From Podarcis tiliguerta (taxonomy: Eukaryota): DNA of 64,000 bases. The stretch lies in the NCBI GenBank assembly GCA_965153285.1, contig OZ229114.1, one strand, 5' to 3'. The translations under genes were made by a program, and so were the position numbers. Positions 1 to 13,600 of this stretch are shown piece by piece; the stretch's first letter is position 1; each line of letters opens with the position of its first letter. The notes beneath the pieces were generated by a model. It was not told the origin of the DNA and did not search any database. It saw only the letters and a list, made by a program, of their open reading frames with translations.

Positions 1-1106
1 TAAAGCTTTACAAATCTTTTAGAGATGCTTTTCTCATGTGGTGTTGCCCTCCTTTATATAGGTCAGCAATCAAGATATTTTAAAAATCCTTCTGTTCAAA
101 CTGTCAGGGTGTCTGTTTTCAGATAATGTGACAGCTATCACAAAGAGTGACCTGCTGTTATAAATCCAGCCTCCGATGGCTTTAGAAATATGTCAGATTA
201 TGGACTGAGGAGATGAAGAATAATAATGGCAAAACTCCTGTATTTTGTGGAGTTTTTTCTTTGGGGTTTAGTAGAAAATTATCTGTTACAAATATAGATG
301 TAATATATAAATGTCGAAGCTACTTCAACAACCTTTTATGTGAATGTCATTGGTAAAGGGAGGGGGTTGTTCAAGTGATAAATAATCTATTTTACATTCT
401 GTATGGATAATGGTTTGTGTCTGTGCAGAGGCATACATATAATTAGAGAGCATACATGTTCTGCTATTTTCAAATCACTTAACATCAGTGGATTCTTAAG
501 TGCATTTACTTGATTGTGTGTAGATACGTCTTCATTTTTGTATTATGTGCAGTATAGTGCTAAACAAATAAATAAATTGTGGTTCACAAGTAGTTTAAGG
601 GTCAGAACCTGGCTCTCTGTTTTTCATCTCCGAGCTACATTATAAAATAGTTCATCTAAGCAAGTAGCTTTGTCAGGGAGGACCTTTTATTCAGTTATAG
701 GATTAAAGGAAAAGGTAACTGAGGTTGACTGCATATTCGACCTTGGCTTCTCTCTTCCCTAAAGCAAACATACAGTTGCTACCCATTGATCCTTTTATTG
801 ACATTTGTGCTTTAGCATTTGAAAGCTTTCATTTTCAAACCAAGGAGGAAAAGAACCACAACTCTACAGTGTAGCACACATATTCCCGAGCTTTCAAAAT
901 ACAGTATTAAAAAAATAAGATTCTGGCCTCAAAACTATATTAATGTTGTTTTTTAGTGGCCTCTCTTGTATCAACAATGGAAGAATTTGACTTACTCTTT
1001 TTTGGTATGAGGTCAAAATACTCTGCATGAGTTGGCACAACATCACAAAGTCTAGAAATTAACCACATAGTTGATAATAAAAAGCAAGTACAAGTTTGCA
1101 TATTAT

Positions 1107-1418
1107 GGCTTAGATCCTAAAGCAAATTTGTTTAAGAAAGTTCACAGAAGAAAAGTTTTCTATCCCTTGCAGCCATCTGCATGCTACTCCCACAAGCCTC
1201 TTCAGACAGTTGTGCAACCCTTATGATCAATGTGAGTGGAGTTCGGGGCAGTTTGGAATGATTCCCACATCTCCCAGTGCCCATGCTGGATTTCACAATG
1301 ATCAGAAGAGCCTTCTCACCCTCCGAAGAGGCTTTGCAACAGGGAGCAGGAAGAGTCTGCAGAAGAGACTTTTCCTTCCATGAACTTTCTTAAGCTAACT
1401 TAATTTGGAATGCAAGCC
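1107..1418. mobile_element. Palindromic MITE-like element (possibly PIF/Harbinger-type)
   Basis: Inverted arms: ggctt...TTAAGAAAGTTCA...gaaaagt vs acttttc...TGAACTTTCTTAA...aagcc; inner AAGCCTCTTC/GAAGAGGCTT pair. Confidence 0.6.
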
Positions 1419-1525
1419 CGGTTTAACTGTTTTACAAATGATTGATTGGTTTATACTGCCACTTATGCCTATTTTGTGTAGTTTCTGTTTCACAGCTTTA
1501 ATCTCTGCTTTTTAAAACTTTGCAG

Positions 1526-1632
1526 GGAAGCATGGGCAGCATAACATGCATCGCGTGGAAAGGAGATATCTTGGTCCTGGGAGATGTTGATGGAAATTTG
1601 AACTTTTGGGACTTAAAAGCCAGAGTATCCAG
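1526..1632 (+). CDS. WDR11: WDR11 coding exon (GSMGSITCIAWKGDILVLGDVDGNLNFWDLKARVS)
   Basis: ttgcag|GGA acceptor, AG|gtagtg donor, 107 nt; WD40 blade ending FWD. Confidence 0.96.
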
Positions 1633-4600
1633 GTAGTGATCTGTTAAACAACAACTACAAAACAAACCCCTCCAATGAAGCCTAATTCGCACATGACTCA
1701 AGTGATTGCCCCCCAAAAAGTCAGAGATTGAGGTGTGGAAAGTCATTTTCTGTGAATCAATAATCCCGTCGTGAGAAACTGCCCAGGAAAGCTCCTCTAC
1801 ACATATCCCTCCAGAATCTTCCTGACATTTCTAGAAAATGCCCAAACCACAAGGGTTATGTTTAACAAAAATGGCTAACCATGCACACACGTAGGAGTTC
1901 AGTGCTGTATTTACTTTTGCTGGCAACTACTATACCAAGTAATAGAGAAAGTGGATCTAATTCATAGCATGTGTTTGAAATAATTCTAAATTTTGCCACA
2001 AAACCAGGTCAGACCCAAGTTGTCTATGAGCACACTAGCCACACAGCTTTCTTTTTACAAAATACGGGTCCAGAAGGATTGCCACACAAATACTGGGATT
2101 GTGTACGTAATAAGCTGACATGTTGCTGTTGCTATAGTGATGCTTCCTGAGGCGGTTTTGGGGTGGCACAACCAGTGTGGCAGCACAGGGTGCTGTGCTG
2201 CAGGGACCCCCACAATACTGCAGAACGGAACGAGAGAGGTTGGGGGGGTGCGTCAAATTTTAGCATCACACACGGTGCTGCTGAAATTTAAGAGCCCAAA
2301 GCCCACCACTGATGCTTCACTCGTTTGCTATGTATTTAATCAAAATAAGAGTAACTGTAGAGGAGCGAAGTGGTGGTTTAGATGACAAGTTCTCCTTATG
2401 ATTCCATTTAGATGGAATACTTCCATTTAGATGGTCTCTGAAGTTTAGTTCTTCAGTCTGTCCTTAAGGTAAACTCAAGGGGGAAATGTACTATTTGTGT
2501 CCTACCTTTTCCTTTCCAGAGGCATCCCCACACACCGCGGCTGGGTGAGGAAGATACGCTTCGCCCCTGGAAAAGGAAACCAAAAGCTAATAGCAATGTA
2601 CAATGATGGAGCTGAAGTTTGGGACACAAAGGAGGTCAGTACCAATTTTGCTTTACTTGTCTGAATTGGTTCTAAACTGCAAGCTTAAAATGATGCTTAC
2701 TGGTGTCACAAAGGAGATTTAACTTTTCTTGGCTCTTTCAAACTGCTACCAGCTGCTTAGTTGGTTTTGCCTAGATTTTTCAGCCATTAAAGTGTTGCTA
2801 AACTAATTGTGTGAAATCCAACATCAGTCATACTCTAAGCAGAGCCACTGAAATCAATGGACTTGGGTAATTGTTTTATTGTGTTTATTATTTATCACAG
2901 ATGCATTTGCTGCCCTGGGCTCCTTTGTGAAAAAGTGTGGGATATATATTTACTTGAATAAATCAGCCCATCAATTTCAGTGTATTTAATTTGTCTGTTT
3001 TTCAGACCAAAGGTTCTTGGAAGTTAAATACATTCCACGTAGAAATACAACCAAGCATGACAACGACCATTATTGAATGATGGCTTGTCCTTGTTTTTTC
3101 AATACTAGAGTTTTGCTTAACAGCCATTGTGCCCTGATCAGACACATCACTACCATCTTGACTAGATTTAATTGAATAGAGAAGCTTCAAATTCAACCAC
3201 AAGGGTGGAAGGGAGAACCAAGTATTACTAATTACAGTTGAATGTATGTGTGGTGTTAAATTTAATTTTTTTAGATGTTTATAAAACAAAAGGAACCCAG
3301 TAATATTTGCAATAAGGACTGACAGTAGTAAAGTTGAAAATATTTAAAGCATTTATGAAATATTCACATTTTGTAGACTGTCACAGTAATGCTGCCACAT
3401 ATTAGCTGGTAGGCTTTTACATTTTAATTTTTGTTTTATATAATTGACTCTAAAGGACAGCCTTTCTCCCTTGCCAGATTATATTACTGAGAATCGTGGA
3501 AACAAAACATAATTTCACTGTGTCTGTACATGGAAAGGGAGACCACTTCGTCTTCTAAAGCTAAAATATGTTGCATTTTTTTCAGGTACAGATGGTGAAC
3601 AGCTTAAGAACTGGAAGAAATGTCAATTTTAGAGTACTTGATGTTGACTGGTGTACCTCTGACAAAGTGATCTTGGCATCAGATGATGGCTGCATCAGAG
3701 TGCTAGAGATGACAATGAAATCAGCATGTTTTAGAATGGATGAGCAAGAATTAACAGGTATGGACAAAGGCCAAGCAAATGCAGCTCAATGCTTTATTAG
3801 ATTGCATTCATTTGGCACATGAAGTGATTGACAGAGGAGTGTTCCCTGTTCAAATAGCCAGAGGATGAGATAGATGCATATATTTTTTTACCAGGATTAT
3901 GGAGTCAGAAGAACTGAAATGTTCTTGACTTCAGGCAGGAAGCTACCACTAGCAGTTTTCCTGCCAGTGGTAGCGGCAAAGGCTCCAAAACTGAGTGTTC
4001 ACAATAATATTAATGTTACAATATATCTGCCTTAAATGATTACTGTACTTCATAACAGCACTTCAGAATAAAATGAAGAATGTTTCTTTATTGACTATGT
4101 ATTCTACCTTTTAAAATTATTATTAAAAAATTATTGGCCTATTCTGAGGTCCTTTCTCTGGTTTACTATCGAAAAGGACAGAATCCCGTCAGCGTGTGCT
4201 TTGAAATCTATCTGATTTACTTGTTTAGACATTGCACTGTACAAGAGTTTAATCATTGTACTTTGGCAATTACCGTATTTTTCGTCCTATAGGGCGCACC
4301 AGCCCATAGGACGCACCCCGTTTTTTTTGGGGGGGGGGAATGAATAAAAAAAAATTATTTCCCCCCCCCCCAGCTGCGGCTGCCGCCCCAAGCCTTGCGC
4401 ACACCTGCCCAAAGCACGGGGAGCCCTCCAGAGGGCTCTCCGTGCTTCGGGCTGCAGGCTGCCGCTCCAAGCCTCGCACGCCCAGCGGGACCTCCCGTCG
4501 GGCGCGCAAGGCTTGCGGACACCTGCCCAATGCACGGGGAGCCCTCCAGTTGGCTCCCCGTGCTTCGGGCTGCAGGCTGCCGCCCCAAGCCTCACGCCCT

Positions 4601-7600
4601 TCATTTTTGGAGGGGAAAAAGTGCGTCCTACGGGGCGAAAAATACGGTACTCAATATTTTTGTTTTTAGTATCGTGACAGGGCACTTTCCTAAAGATACT
4701 TATACACAAATGTGTATGCAAGTTCTATGTTTAAAATAAATTGACATCTTCTATTCAGCAGATTCAAGAGGTATTTCAGTCCATATTTTTTGAAAAATTA
4801 TACTTCTTGAGTATGTGTTGGAGTACATCATTAATTCTGTTTGCAGTGTAAAATAATGATGCTTCCTGCTCCCTGCTATTTTATTAGACTGCCGGTGTGA
4901 TTTTTAATAATAATAATATCTATTACTATTCACGGTCTTGCATTTTGAGTCAGATTCAGATTTTCTGTTGTATATTTACTATCAGATATTCCCTGGAAAC
5001 ACAGACAATTCTGTGACATAGCTTGTGCTGTTTCTGCAGAATGCATCTTTTTCCCTCTGTGCTCCTGCCTTTTCATGAGCCACTTTATAATTCCTCTAGT
5101 GCTGTCTAACTATAAGTATCCACTTGGTTTTTTTTTATCATCACTGCTCAGATCTTTATTTAAATTGTGGTTAATGCCCTAGAACCAGAGCAGCAGAACT
5201 ATATGATTCCAAGGAAAAATTATACTTTGGAGCTCTTATGTACTACTGAGAAATAATCTGCCTAAAATCTGTGCTGGACTTTGTTAAGCCATGCCCCTAA
5301 ACTATGCATTTACTTCTTTAACAAAAATTTGATGGAGGAGATCCAAACCAGTTACCTTTTCAGATCAGTTTTTGAAACCCAGACTGCAGTATGCCTGCAA
5401 GCCAAATATTTCCAGTGAAGCTAAGCACTGACAACCACGAACAAAAGAGAAAACCAGTCTCCTAACCCTTGGTCATGATTCCCAGGGTATGCACTCAAAA
5501 TCACACCCGTCCATATTACGGTCTGTGCAATGGCAACAATTCTGGGGGCTGCAGTTCTTTCTGGAACACTAATGAAAACAAGCCTTCTCATACTCCATTG
5601 CAGATGCACTGTAAGCAAGCACAGATCCCAAGTTCTTTAATATCAGATTGACTAACAACAGATTTTCTTTCTTTTTTCTCCCTTTTTTTGGTTCTAGAAC
5701 CTGTGTGGTGCCCATATCTACTTGTTCCAAGAGCTTCCTTAGCATTGAAAGCATTTTTGCTACACCAACCGTGGAACAATAAATACTCTCTTGATATTTC
5801 ACATATGTAAGTCTAATATATATTATTATATTGAAACACCTGCTTTTTATAAAATGGCAACGTGCCCACTAACTGTTTAGGGGTATGCGGGTGGGTAATA
5901 AAACCCAACTATTTTCCATTTAAGTACTTGAATTTTACCCATCTAGAAGTGATAGTTAATCATCATTTTAGTGTATCCATCCATGGGCAAAGTATATTCT
6001 CTCCTGTTCATGCAGTCCTGACTTGAAATGTAGAAAAGTGCCCAGAGTGACTCTGGGACATCTTGTCAGCATCTAAACACTGATCCAGACCTGAGAGAAA
6101 CCCACTTATTTCAACTTCGATTGCTCTTGATTATTTTTGATTTGATTATTTAATTTCTATACCGCTTAATATATTTAAATATATCTAAGTAGTATACAAA
6201 ACACTGAAGAAACAACAGACAACTTAAACATAATATTACAAAAATCCATGGTTCCATATAAACATGTTACATTAATACAAAGTAGTATATATAAATCAAT
6301 ATCAATTCATTTTCCTTCTGACACACCCTCCCTCTGCATTCTCACCCAGCATCCAAACAAACTTGGTGCATACAGAAAAGTTTCACAACGAGAGGAGTTC
6401 CTAGAAACAGCAGACAGCACTCTAGTTTCTCACTCTAGACTTGCTCCCCCCCCCCCCCCTTTGGCTCTTCTGAACTTTGAGCACAGCCATGCTCTTCATC
6501 AGATTGGGATGTTTCATCTGAGACTCTAGATATTTGTCTATTAAATCAAATGTTTGCTTTGCAGAAATTATCCAGAGAATGAAAACGTTAAAAATCTGCT
6601 ACAGGAACAGTTGCACTCACTGTCAAAGTAAGCATATTTCAGTTTGTGTTATGCTACTAAAATGCATTAACACTGTTTTCTTTTGAGTTCTCCTCTGTTT
6701 CTCCCCAATATGCATCTTGAGAGATATTAATGTGGCAGTAATCTTTAAGTTCATATTTCTTATCAGATCTAGTCACACTGTTAACTTCAAACCTTTATAG
6801 ACTGAAATCCTATACATGCTAGCCTCAGAATAACTACCATTCAATTTAATGGAGTTTCTTCTGAGTAGTGTATAAGACTGCATGGCAGACAAGGAAGCTT
6901 TTAGAACAGTTTTATATTTTTACTTTTTGTGTTAGTACCGCTACTGGCAGTCATATTGATCTGGAAGCCAAATTAATGTTACGGATTAACAAAATAGTTT
7001 AGTGTGATGCAGAATCCGTGCTGGCACATACTACATGAACTTAAATACAGTTTTAATCCATGACTCAGCTTTATCACGTCCAAAATTTGCCATACGTTTC
7101 AAGCTTACTTTTCCTTTAAAAATCCACAGCATCCCCTTAATAATAAATGTTTCCGCAAAATACTGGAGGGGCTATGGGAACATATTTTCATATATGCCAA
7201 GAATATAGTATCATTAATGGGTTCTGGAGGCAAACCATTGATGAAATTATGCCCTAGAATTTTGTACTTGTAGCTAAATCAGCAATGTAATGTCTTTTTA
7301 GACAGCCATCCTTTTGTCTCGCTAGCAGCAATACTAGAAATAGCATACCAGCAGGAGAATCTCATTGGGATTCTAGTGCAGTAAAACACTGATATTGACA
7401 AGCATACAAAACAGCTCCATGCTTCTAATTGAATGGCTATGAATCACCTATTAAAGAGTACAAATTATCTGATTTGTAAATGAGTCATTGGTTGAATGGT
7501 TTTGTAAAAGATGGATGTCATTTTGTATAAATAACTTAAATCCTGTAATAGTGATATACTGACTCTATATGAACACAGGAAGCTGCCTTATACAGAGTCA

Positions 7601-10600
7601 GGCTATCTGTTCCCCTAGTTCCATATTGTCTACACTGACTGGCAGTAGCTCTCCAGGATTTCAAACAGGAGTTTTTTCCAATCCTACCTAGAGATGCCAG
7701 GGATTGAACCTGGGACTTTTTGCATACAAAGCTCCCTGTCAAGTTTCAGTGGTTATAATTTGTATGTTAACCTTTTTATAAAAATGTGTGGAAAATGGTT
7801 TCCTTTTAAGTAAAAACAACCACCACCTGCAGTATCTAGGTTGATGCACATACTGTGTCTGAATGTGTTTCATAGCAAGATACAAAACTATAAACTATAA
7901 ATTATCTTTTCTTAGTGACATCAGGAAACTTTTGCTTGATCCAGAGTTCACCCTCTTGCAGCGATGTCTATTGGTTTCAAGGTAACAGAGAACTTAAGTC
8001 AAACGTGTAATCCCTGTTTTGCAGTAATTTATCTGTAGTCCTTAGCCTGGTGATCGGTATTTTTGTTTAAAACCAATAGGGCTATTAGAGCATGCTTTCT
8101 GTAACAGAATCAGCATCCCTGTATAAATGATAGGTGCAAAGGGGTATGTTACTAATCAAAGAAATCATTTGAAATTCTGTATTTGATGGTGTTATCTATA
8201 AAGTTGTGTACAGTAAAAGCCTTTCAGTCTTTAACTACCTGTCAAATCACATTTAATCCTTTTTGTGCGACTGCATATATTTACTTGTGCAAGATACATT
8301 GTCTGGAAAGCATACATCAATGTTTGGGACTTGCCATGTCAGAATGCTGGTATGAGATTGTGTGGCTGAATGTTCTTGCCTGTAGAAAACCAGCATGTTA
8401 ATTTAATTTTCTGTACATGTGGGGAAATAGTAGAAAGGACCATCTGCAGTAGCCAAAGGAGGCTTGCCCATTCAAGCTAATAGGGCCCACCTTCCTATAT
8501 ACAACCAGTCCAGGGAGAATCACTGCATGGTGTTGTCCTTCTGGAACTCAGCAGGGAGGAAGTTGGAGGCAAGTAGAATTAGTTGGCTCCACCTGTCATT
8601 GGTTCTGGCTCTACTTACTGATGGACTCACTGTCTTCTGCCCTACTAGCTCCAGCGGTCACCAGCCACCAGTGGTAGCATCATAATCCCAAGTGGGCTAT
8701 ATTGCTGCTCTTTGTCATTACATAGCAATAAGCATAAGAAGGGCACTGCTAGATCAGACCAAAGTTATATCCAGTCCATCATCCTGTTCTCACAGTGGCC
8801 AATTAGATGCCTATGGGAAGTCCACAAGCAGGACATGAGTGCAAAAGTACCCTCCCCACTTCAGATCCCTAGCAGTTGGTATTTGGAGGCATAATCCCTT
8901 CGATACTGGCTACAGCTATCCTGATTAGAAGACACTGATAGTCATATTTTCCCTGAATTTGCCTAATCTCCTTTTAAAGCTGTCCAAGTTAGTGGTCATT
9001 GCTTCTATGATATGCAGTAAATTTTACAGCTTGGATATGCACTGTGTGATGAAGTGCAACTTTTTGTTTGTCCTGAATCTTCCAACATTCAGTTTCATTG
9101 TATGAGCCTTGGATAGGAAGGAAAACCTCTGTCTGCTTCTCTATACCATGATTTATTTTGTACATCCTTTACCTGTTATTTATCATTCTCAACTAAAAAT
9201 TGCCACCGTTGTAACCTTTCCTCATGGGGAAGATTGTACAGTGCAGAACCATGTGGTGTAGCGGTTAAAGTATTGGGCTAGTATCTGGGAGACCAGGTTT
9301 CAAATCCCCATTCAAGCCATGAAGCTCACCTTGGAGCAGTCATCACTCTCAGCCTAACCTACCTCCCAAGGCTGTGAGGATAAAATGGGGAGAAGTATGT
9401 ACTCCGCCTTGAGTTACCTGGAGGAAAATGGGTTATATATGTGATAAATAAATTGCCTATTTTCTGCATTACTTCTTTGTGTTGCTGATGGTGACTATAA
9501 TGGCAGCTGTTTTATTTTGCCAGGCTGTATGGAGATGAATCTGAACTGCATTTCTGGACTGCTGCTGCCCATTATTTGCATACTTTTTCCCGAGGGAAAC
9601 CATTAACTGTAAAAGCTGAAGACACACTGATTCCTCAAGGAAAATGGATCAGTCCACTAGATATATGTTATGATATACTGTGTGAAAATTCCTATTTCCA
9701 GGTATTGCAAGATTTTAAAACTAAGTCAGATCTTTTTGACATAAAGGCTTTTCTCCTTTTCAGAGCTTTTATATTTAAGAGCATGTCTAATTGTTTTTGG
9801 TATTCGTGCACAAAAATATTTAATTATGTGGTTTTTTTAAAAGCAATTATACTGCTTGGTTATAATAAAATCTCTAAGTGGTTTACAAGGAATGTAAATA
9901 GATGTACAGCACGGTTCAATGTTTGTTGAATTTAGAGAACATTGGTCACTGATCACAGTAGAAATAGTATTTATTTTTTATTTTGCATTTATAGCTACAT
10001 TGCCCCATAGCCTGTGGCCTGATTTATACCAATTCTGCTCTAAAGACTAGGTGAATTACTATCAAGAGGTTCACTGGTCTTGATTGTGAATTTGAGGGGC
10101 TTTCAGAAACAGTGGAGTTAACTCAAATATTCCTGTCTCCTATTGTACAAATGGGCTAAAGTTTCAATAACTTAACTTCAATGTCAGGCAAACCCACAGC
10201 CTATTGTCAATCATAGACCCAAAGTGATGCAACCTAAATACCTGGATTCATTAGTGGTGTAGTCTCATATGTCTTGTTTTCTGAAAAATCATTCTCAGTT
10301 TCTTAATCACTTCATTATTTGCAGAAATTCCAGCTTGAAAGGGTCAATCTCCAAGAAGTTAAGAGATCAAATTACGACCACACCAAAAAATGCACTGACC
10401 AGCTGCTGCTTTTGGGCCAGGTTTGTGGCACCTAGTTAACCTAGTTTATTAGCAGGCTAGGAATAAATGAGTGAAACATTGACATTAGGCATTGCTACAA
10501 TGTAGTTTTTGTTTTCTTTAAAAAAAAAGTTCTCAAACTTGTGTGGTGGGTTAGGTATTTCTGAATGTAAAAGAACCATTGAAAGCTGCATAATGTTTTG

Positions 10601-13600
10601 TTTTTCCTCTTTCCTAGACTGACAGAGCTGTGCAGTTGCTTCTGGAGACAAGTGCCGAGAATCCCTATTACTACTGTGATTCCTTAAAGGCATGTCTGGT
10701 CACAACAGTCACTTCCTCAGGTCCTTCCCAAAGTACTATTAAATTGGTAGCGACCAACATGATTGCAAATGGAAAGCTGGCAGGTGAACTGTTCGTTCTG
10801 TTTCTTGAGCCCAAAATAATTACTGAACTGACTTAGGGGTCAGGGGCGGAGAGGAGAGGGAGGGCAAGTTCCTTTGTGCAGCCAAAAGCAGCACTTAGTT
10901 GGATACCACTCCCAGTTTTGAGTGCCGCTAGACACTTGCAAAATTGCCTGCACCATATTTAGCTAGGATAAAGTTCAGCTGATTTTATGCTGTGCAGGGA
11001 CTGCATTAAAAGCATTAAAGGAAGGGGGATAATAGAGTTAGGAAATCAGCCCTGAGTGCTTACTGGAAGGACAGATCCTGAAGCTGAGGCTCCAATACTT
11101 TGGCCACCTCATGAAAAGAGAAGACTCCCTGGAAAAAATCCTGACGTTCAGAAAGATTGAGGGCACAAGGATAAGGGGACGACAGGGGATGAGATGGTTG
11201 GACAGTGGTCTTGAAGCTACCAGCATGAGTTTGACCAAACTGCAGGAGGCAGTGGAAGACAGGAGTGCCTGGCGTGTTCTGGTCCATGGGGTCACAAAGA
11301 GTCGGGCACGACTAAACAACAACAATAGAGATAGGTGCAAACACGGCACTGCAACTAAATGGTTTCTTTGAGCTCTTAGAAAGTTTATTTGGGCTTTTTG
11401 AAGTGTCTTTCTACAGGATAGAAGTAAATGTTTGTAAGTAATGGAATTTGGGTCAGAGGATAATTGGGCTGCTTGTACTCTCCAGGTAGAAATACTCACA
11501 ATCTCTTTGAAATTCTCCATGTTTTTAAATTGTGTTTTGTTAAGCTCAGACAACTTCTTTTTCAGAGGGGGTCCAGTTACTGTGCTTAATAGATAAAGCT
11601 GCTGATGCCTGTCGTTACCTGCAGACCTACGGTGAATGGAATCGAGCAGCATGGCTTGCAAAAGTAGGCCGTTTTTCCTCAGTCTATCCTGTATGAGTTG
11701 CTCCTTGCTAATAAATGTTAAAGCTGGCACACTCTTAGTTCACTCACAGGAGGGTGAGGGATTTTCAGCTTCAGTGTTTTTAACTCTTGGAGGAGGTAAA
11801 TTTCACGCATGCACATTTTGATGACAGCCTGTTCAGGAAACATCACACTTAAGATTGTTCAGGTTTAACGATACACATCAAAGAGAGTATTGCAGACTTC
11901 TGAATAGAAGCAACCAACATTGGGATGGCAGGGAGAGGCTGTTAGCCAATTCCAAGGGAGAAGAGTTGTTTAACCAGAACCATTGCCTTTGGAATTGAGC
12001 TGTCTATGACAGCTGACGAGTTGTTTTCCCTCATAATACTGCCAGGTAAGTCTTGCCCATGTTTCCTGATTGGAAACTCATAGATCTCCAGAATTTATTT
12101 TTATTTTTATTAAAATGCAGTTCAGGCCCAGCTTTTACTTCCAGGTTCTTACTTTTGCCTCCCCAGCTGGTCTTCCTTCACAGTCTCCTTCTGACCTTAT
12201 GTTACTCTTTGCCTCCAGTTCCTATGGTCTCTCAAGCTCCCTTGTGTTCTTTATTGTGGTCAGACATTTCCCTGACCTTGCCTCTTGTGATGATGTTATT
12301 GTTGCTTTCTGCTAGTCCACTTCCTGTGCTTAACTGGAACCCTCTTGCTTTTGGGGAAATACGTTTCCACTCAAGGCTCTTGGCAGGACCTGACCTTGGA
12401 ATTTGTGGTGGGAACACTGGTGCTTTCTGCAGGATGTTCACCAAAACAGTTGTGTGAATACAAATCTATAAGAATTCTCCCCACCCCCAAATGTTGTTTA
12501 CCAAAAACCTTTTTAAAAGCTTCCACCCAAAGGAGAGGCAATATAACTGGTATGCAGTATTATGTATATTTTTGTACCTTATTGTGCTGTTTCTTGACTT
12601 CTAAGATTGCTTCAAATATTTCTAATCTGTTGCAGGTTCGTCTGAATCCAGAGGAGTGTGCTGATGTGTTCAAGCGTTGGGTCGATCACCTTTGTTCTCC
12701 ACAAATCAATCAGAAATCCAAGGCCATCCTTGTCCTCCTTTCCCTGGGTTGCTTCGTGAGAGTTGCAGAGATGTTGCACAGGTCAAATGAGGCATTTTTC
12801 TTTGCTTTGTTTATTTGAAAATTTACTAGGCATTCCTCAATAGATGTATATACTCAGCAGCATACGTAAAAATACTGTTGTTAGAATTTTTGAGGTCAAC
12901 AACAGGACCATATATACAAACAGAGGAAAACCAAAAGTAGAAAAGACACACATTCAATTGAGAATTAAAACAGCAATTATACCTAAAAGTCATATCTGAA
13001 TAAGTTCAAATGCATGTGTTTTCTCTGAGAGAGAGCATCTTAATTTTTCAGTAAGTACCGTATTTTTCGCTCTATAGGACGCATCCGACCATAGGACGCA
13101 CCTTGTTTTAGAGGGGGAGAACAAGGAAAAAAAATCTCCCCCTCTCTGCGCAGCGCACCTTCAGCGAAGCGGCAGGAGAAACGGAGCCCCTTCCATTTCT
13201 CCTCCCGCTTCGCTGAAGGGGTGCTGCGCAGCTCTCCCTCTCCCACATTGCCTTCGCCTGCAGTGAAGGCAGCCCAAAGCCTCCAGAGCGCAGCGGGAGT
13301 TCCTGCTGCGCTCCGGAGGCTTCGGGTTCCTTTCGCTGAAGCCAGGAGAGCAGGACTCTCCTGGCTTCAGTGAAAGGAGCAGCCTTCCCGCTGCTCCCCG
13401 AGCTTGTGGGGCTGGCAGTGGGGGAAGCCCGGGTTCTCCCCCCCCCCCCCCCGAGCCCCAGGGACCACACATTCGCTCCATAAGACACACAGACATTTCC
13501 CCTTAGATTTTAAGAGGGAAAAAGTGCGTCTTATGGAGCAAAAAATACGGTAATCTGATTGGGCTCCAATCCTGTACCCAGTTACCTGGGTGTGAGCTTC

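Noticed and set aside
2401-2434. 14-bp direct repeat TTCCATTTAGATGG twice
   Set aside because: A small local duplication with only two units; no evidence of function and not CRISPR-like
4270-4739. Cluster of overlapping 77-144 aa ORFs
   Set aside because: They arise from the stop-poor GC-rich MITE interior; the same applies to 13040-13496
11038-11730. 230-aa minus-strand ORF, the longest in the track
   Set aside because: It is the antisense of a WDR11 exon, an intron and the BovB fragment; no independent coding signature
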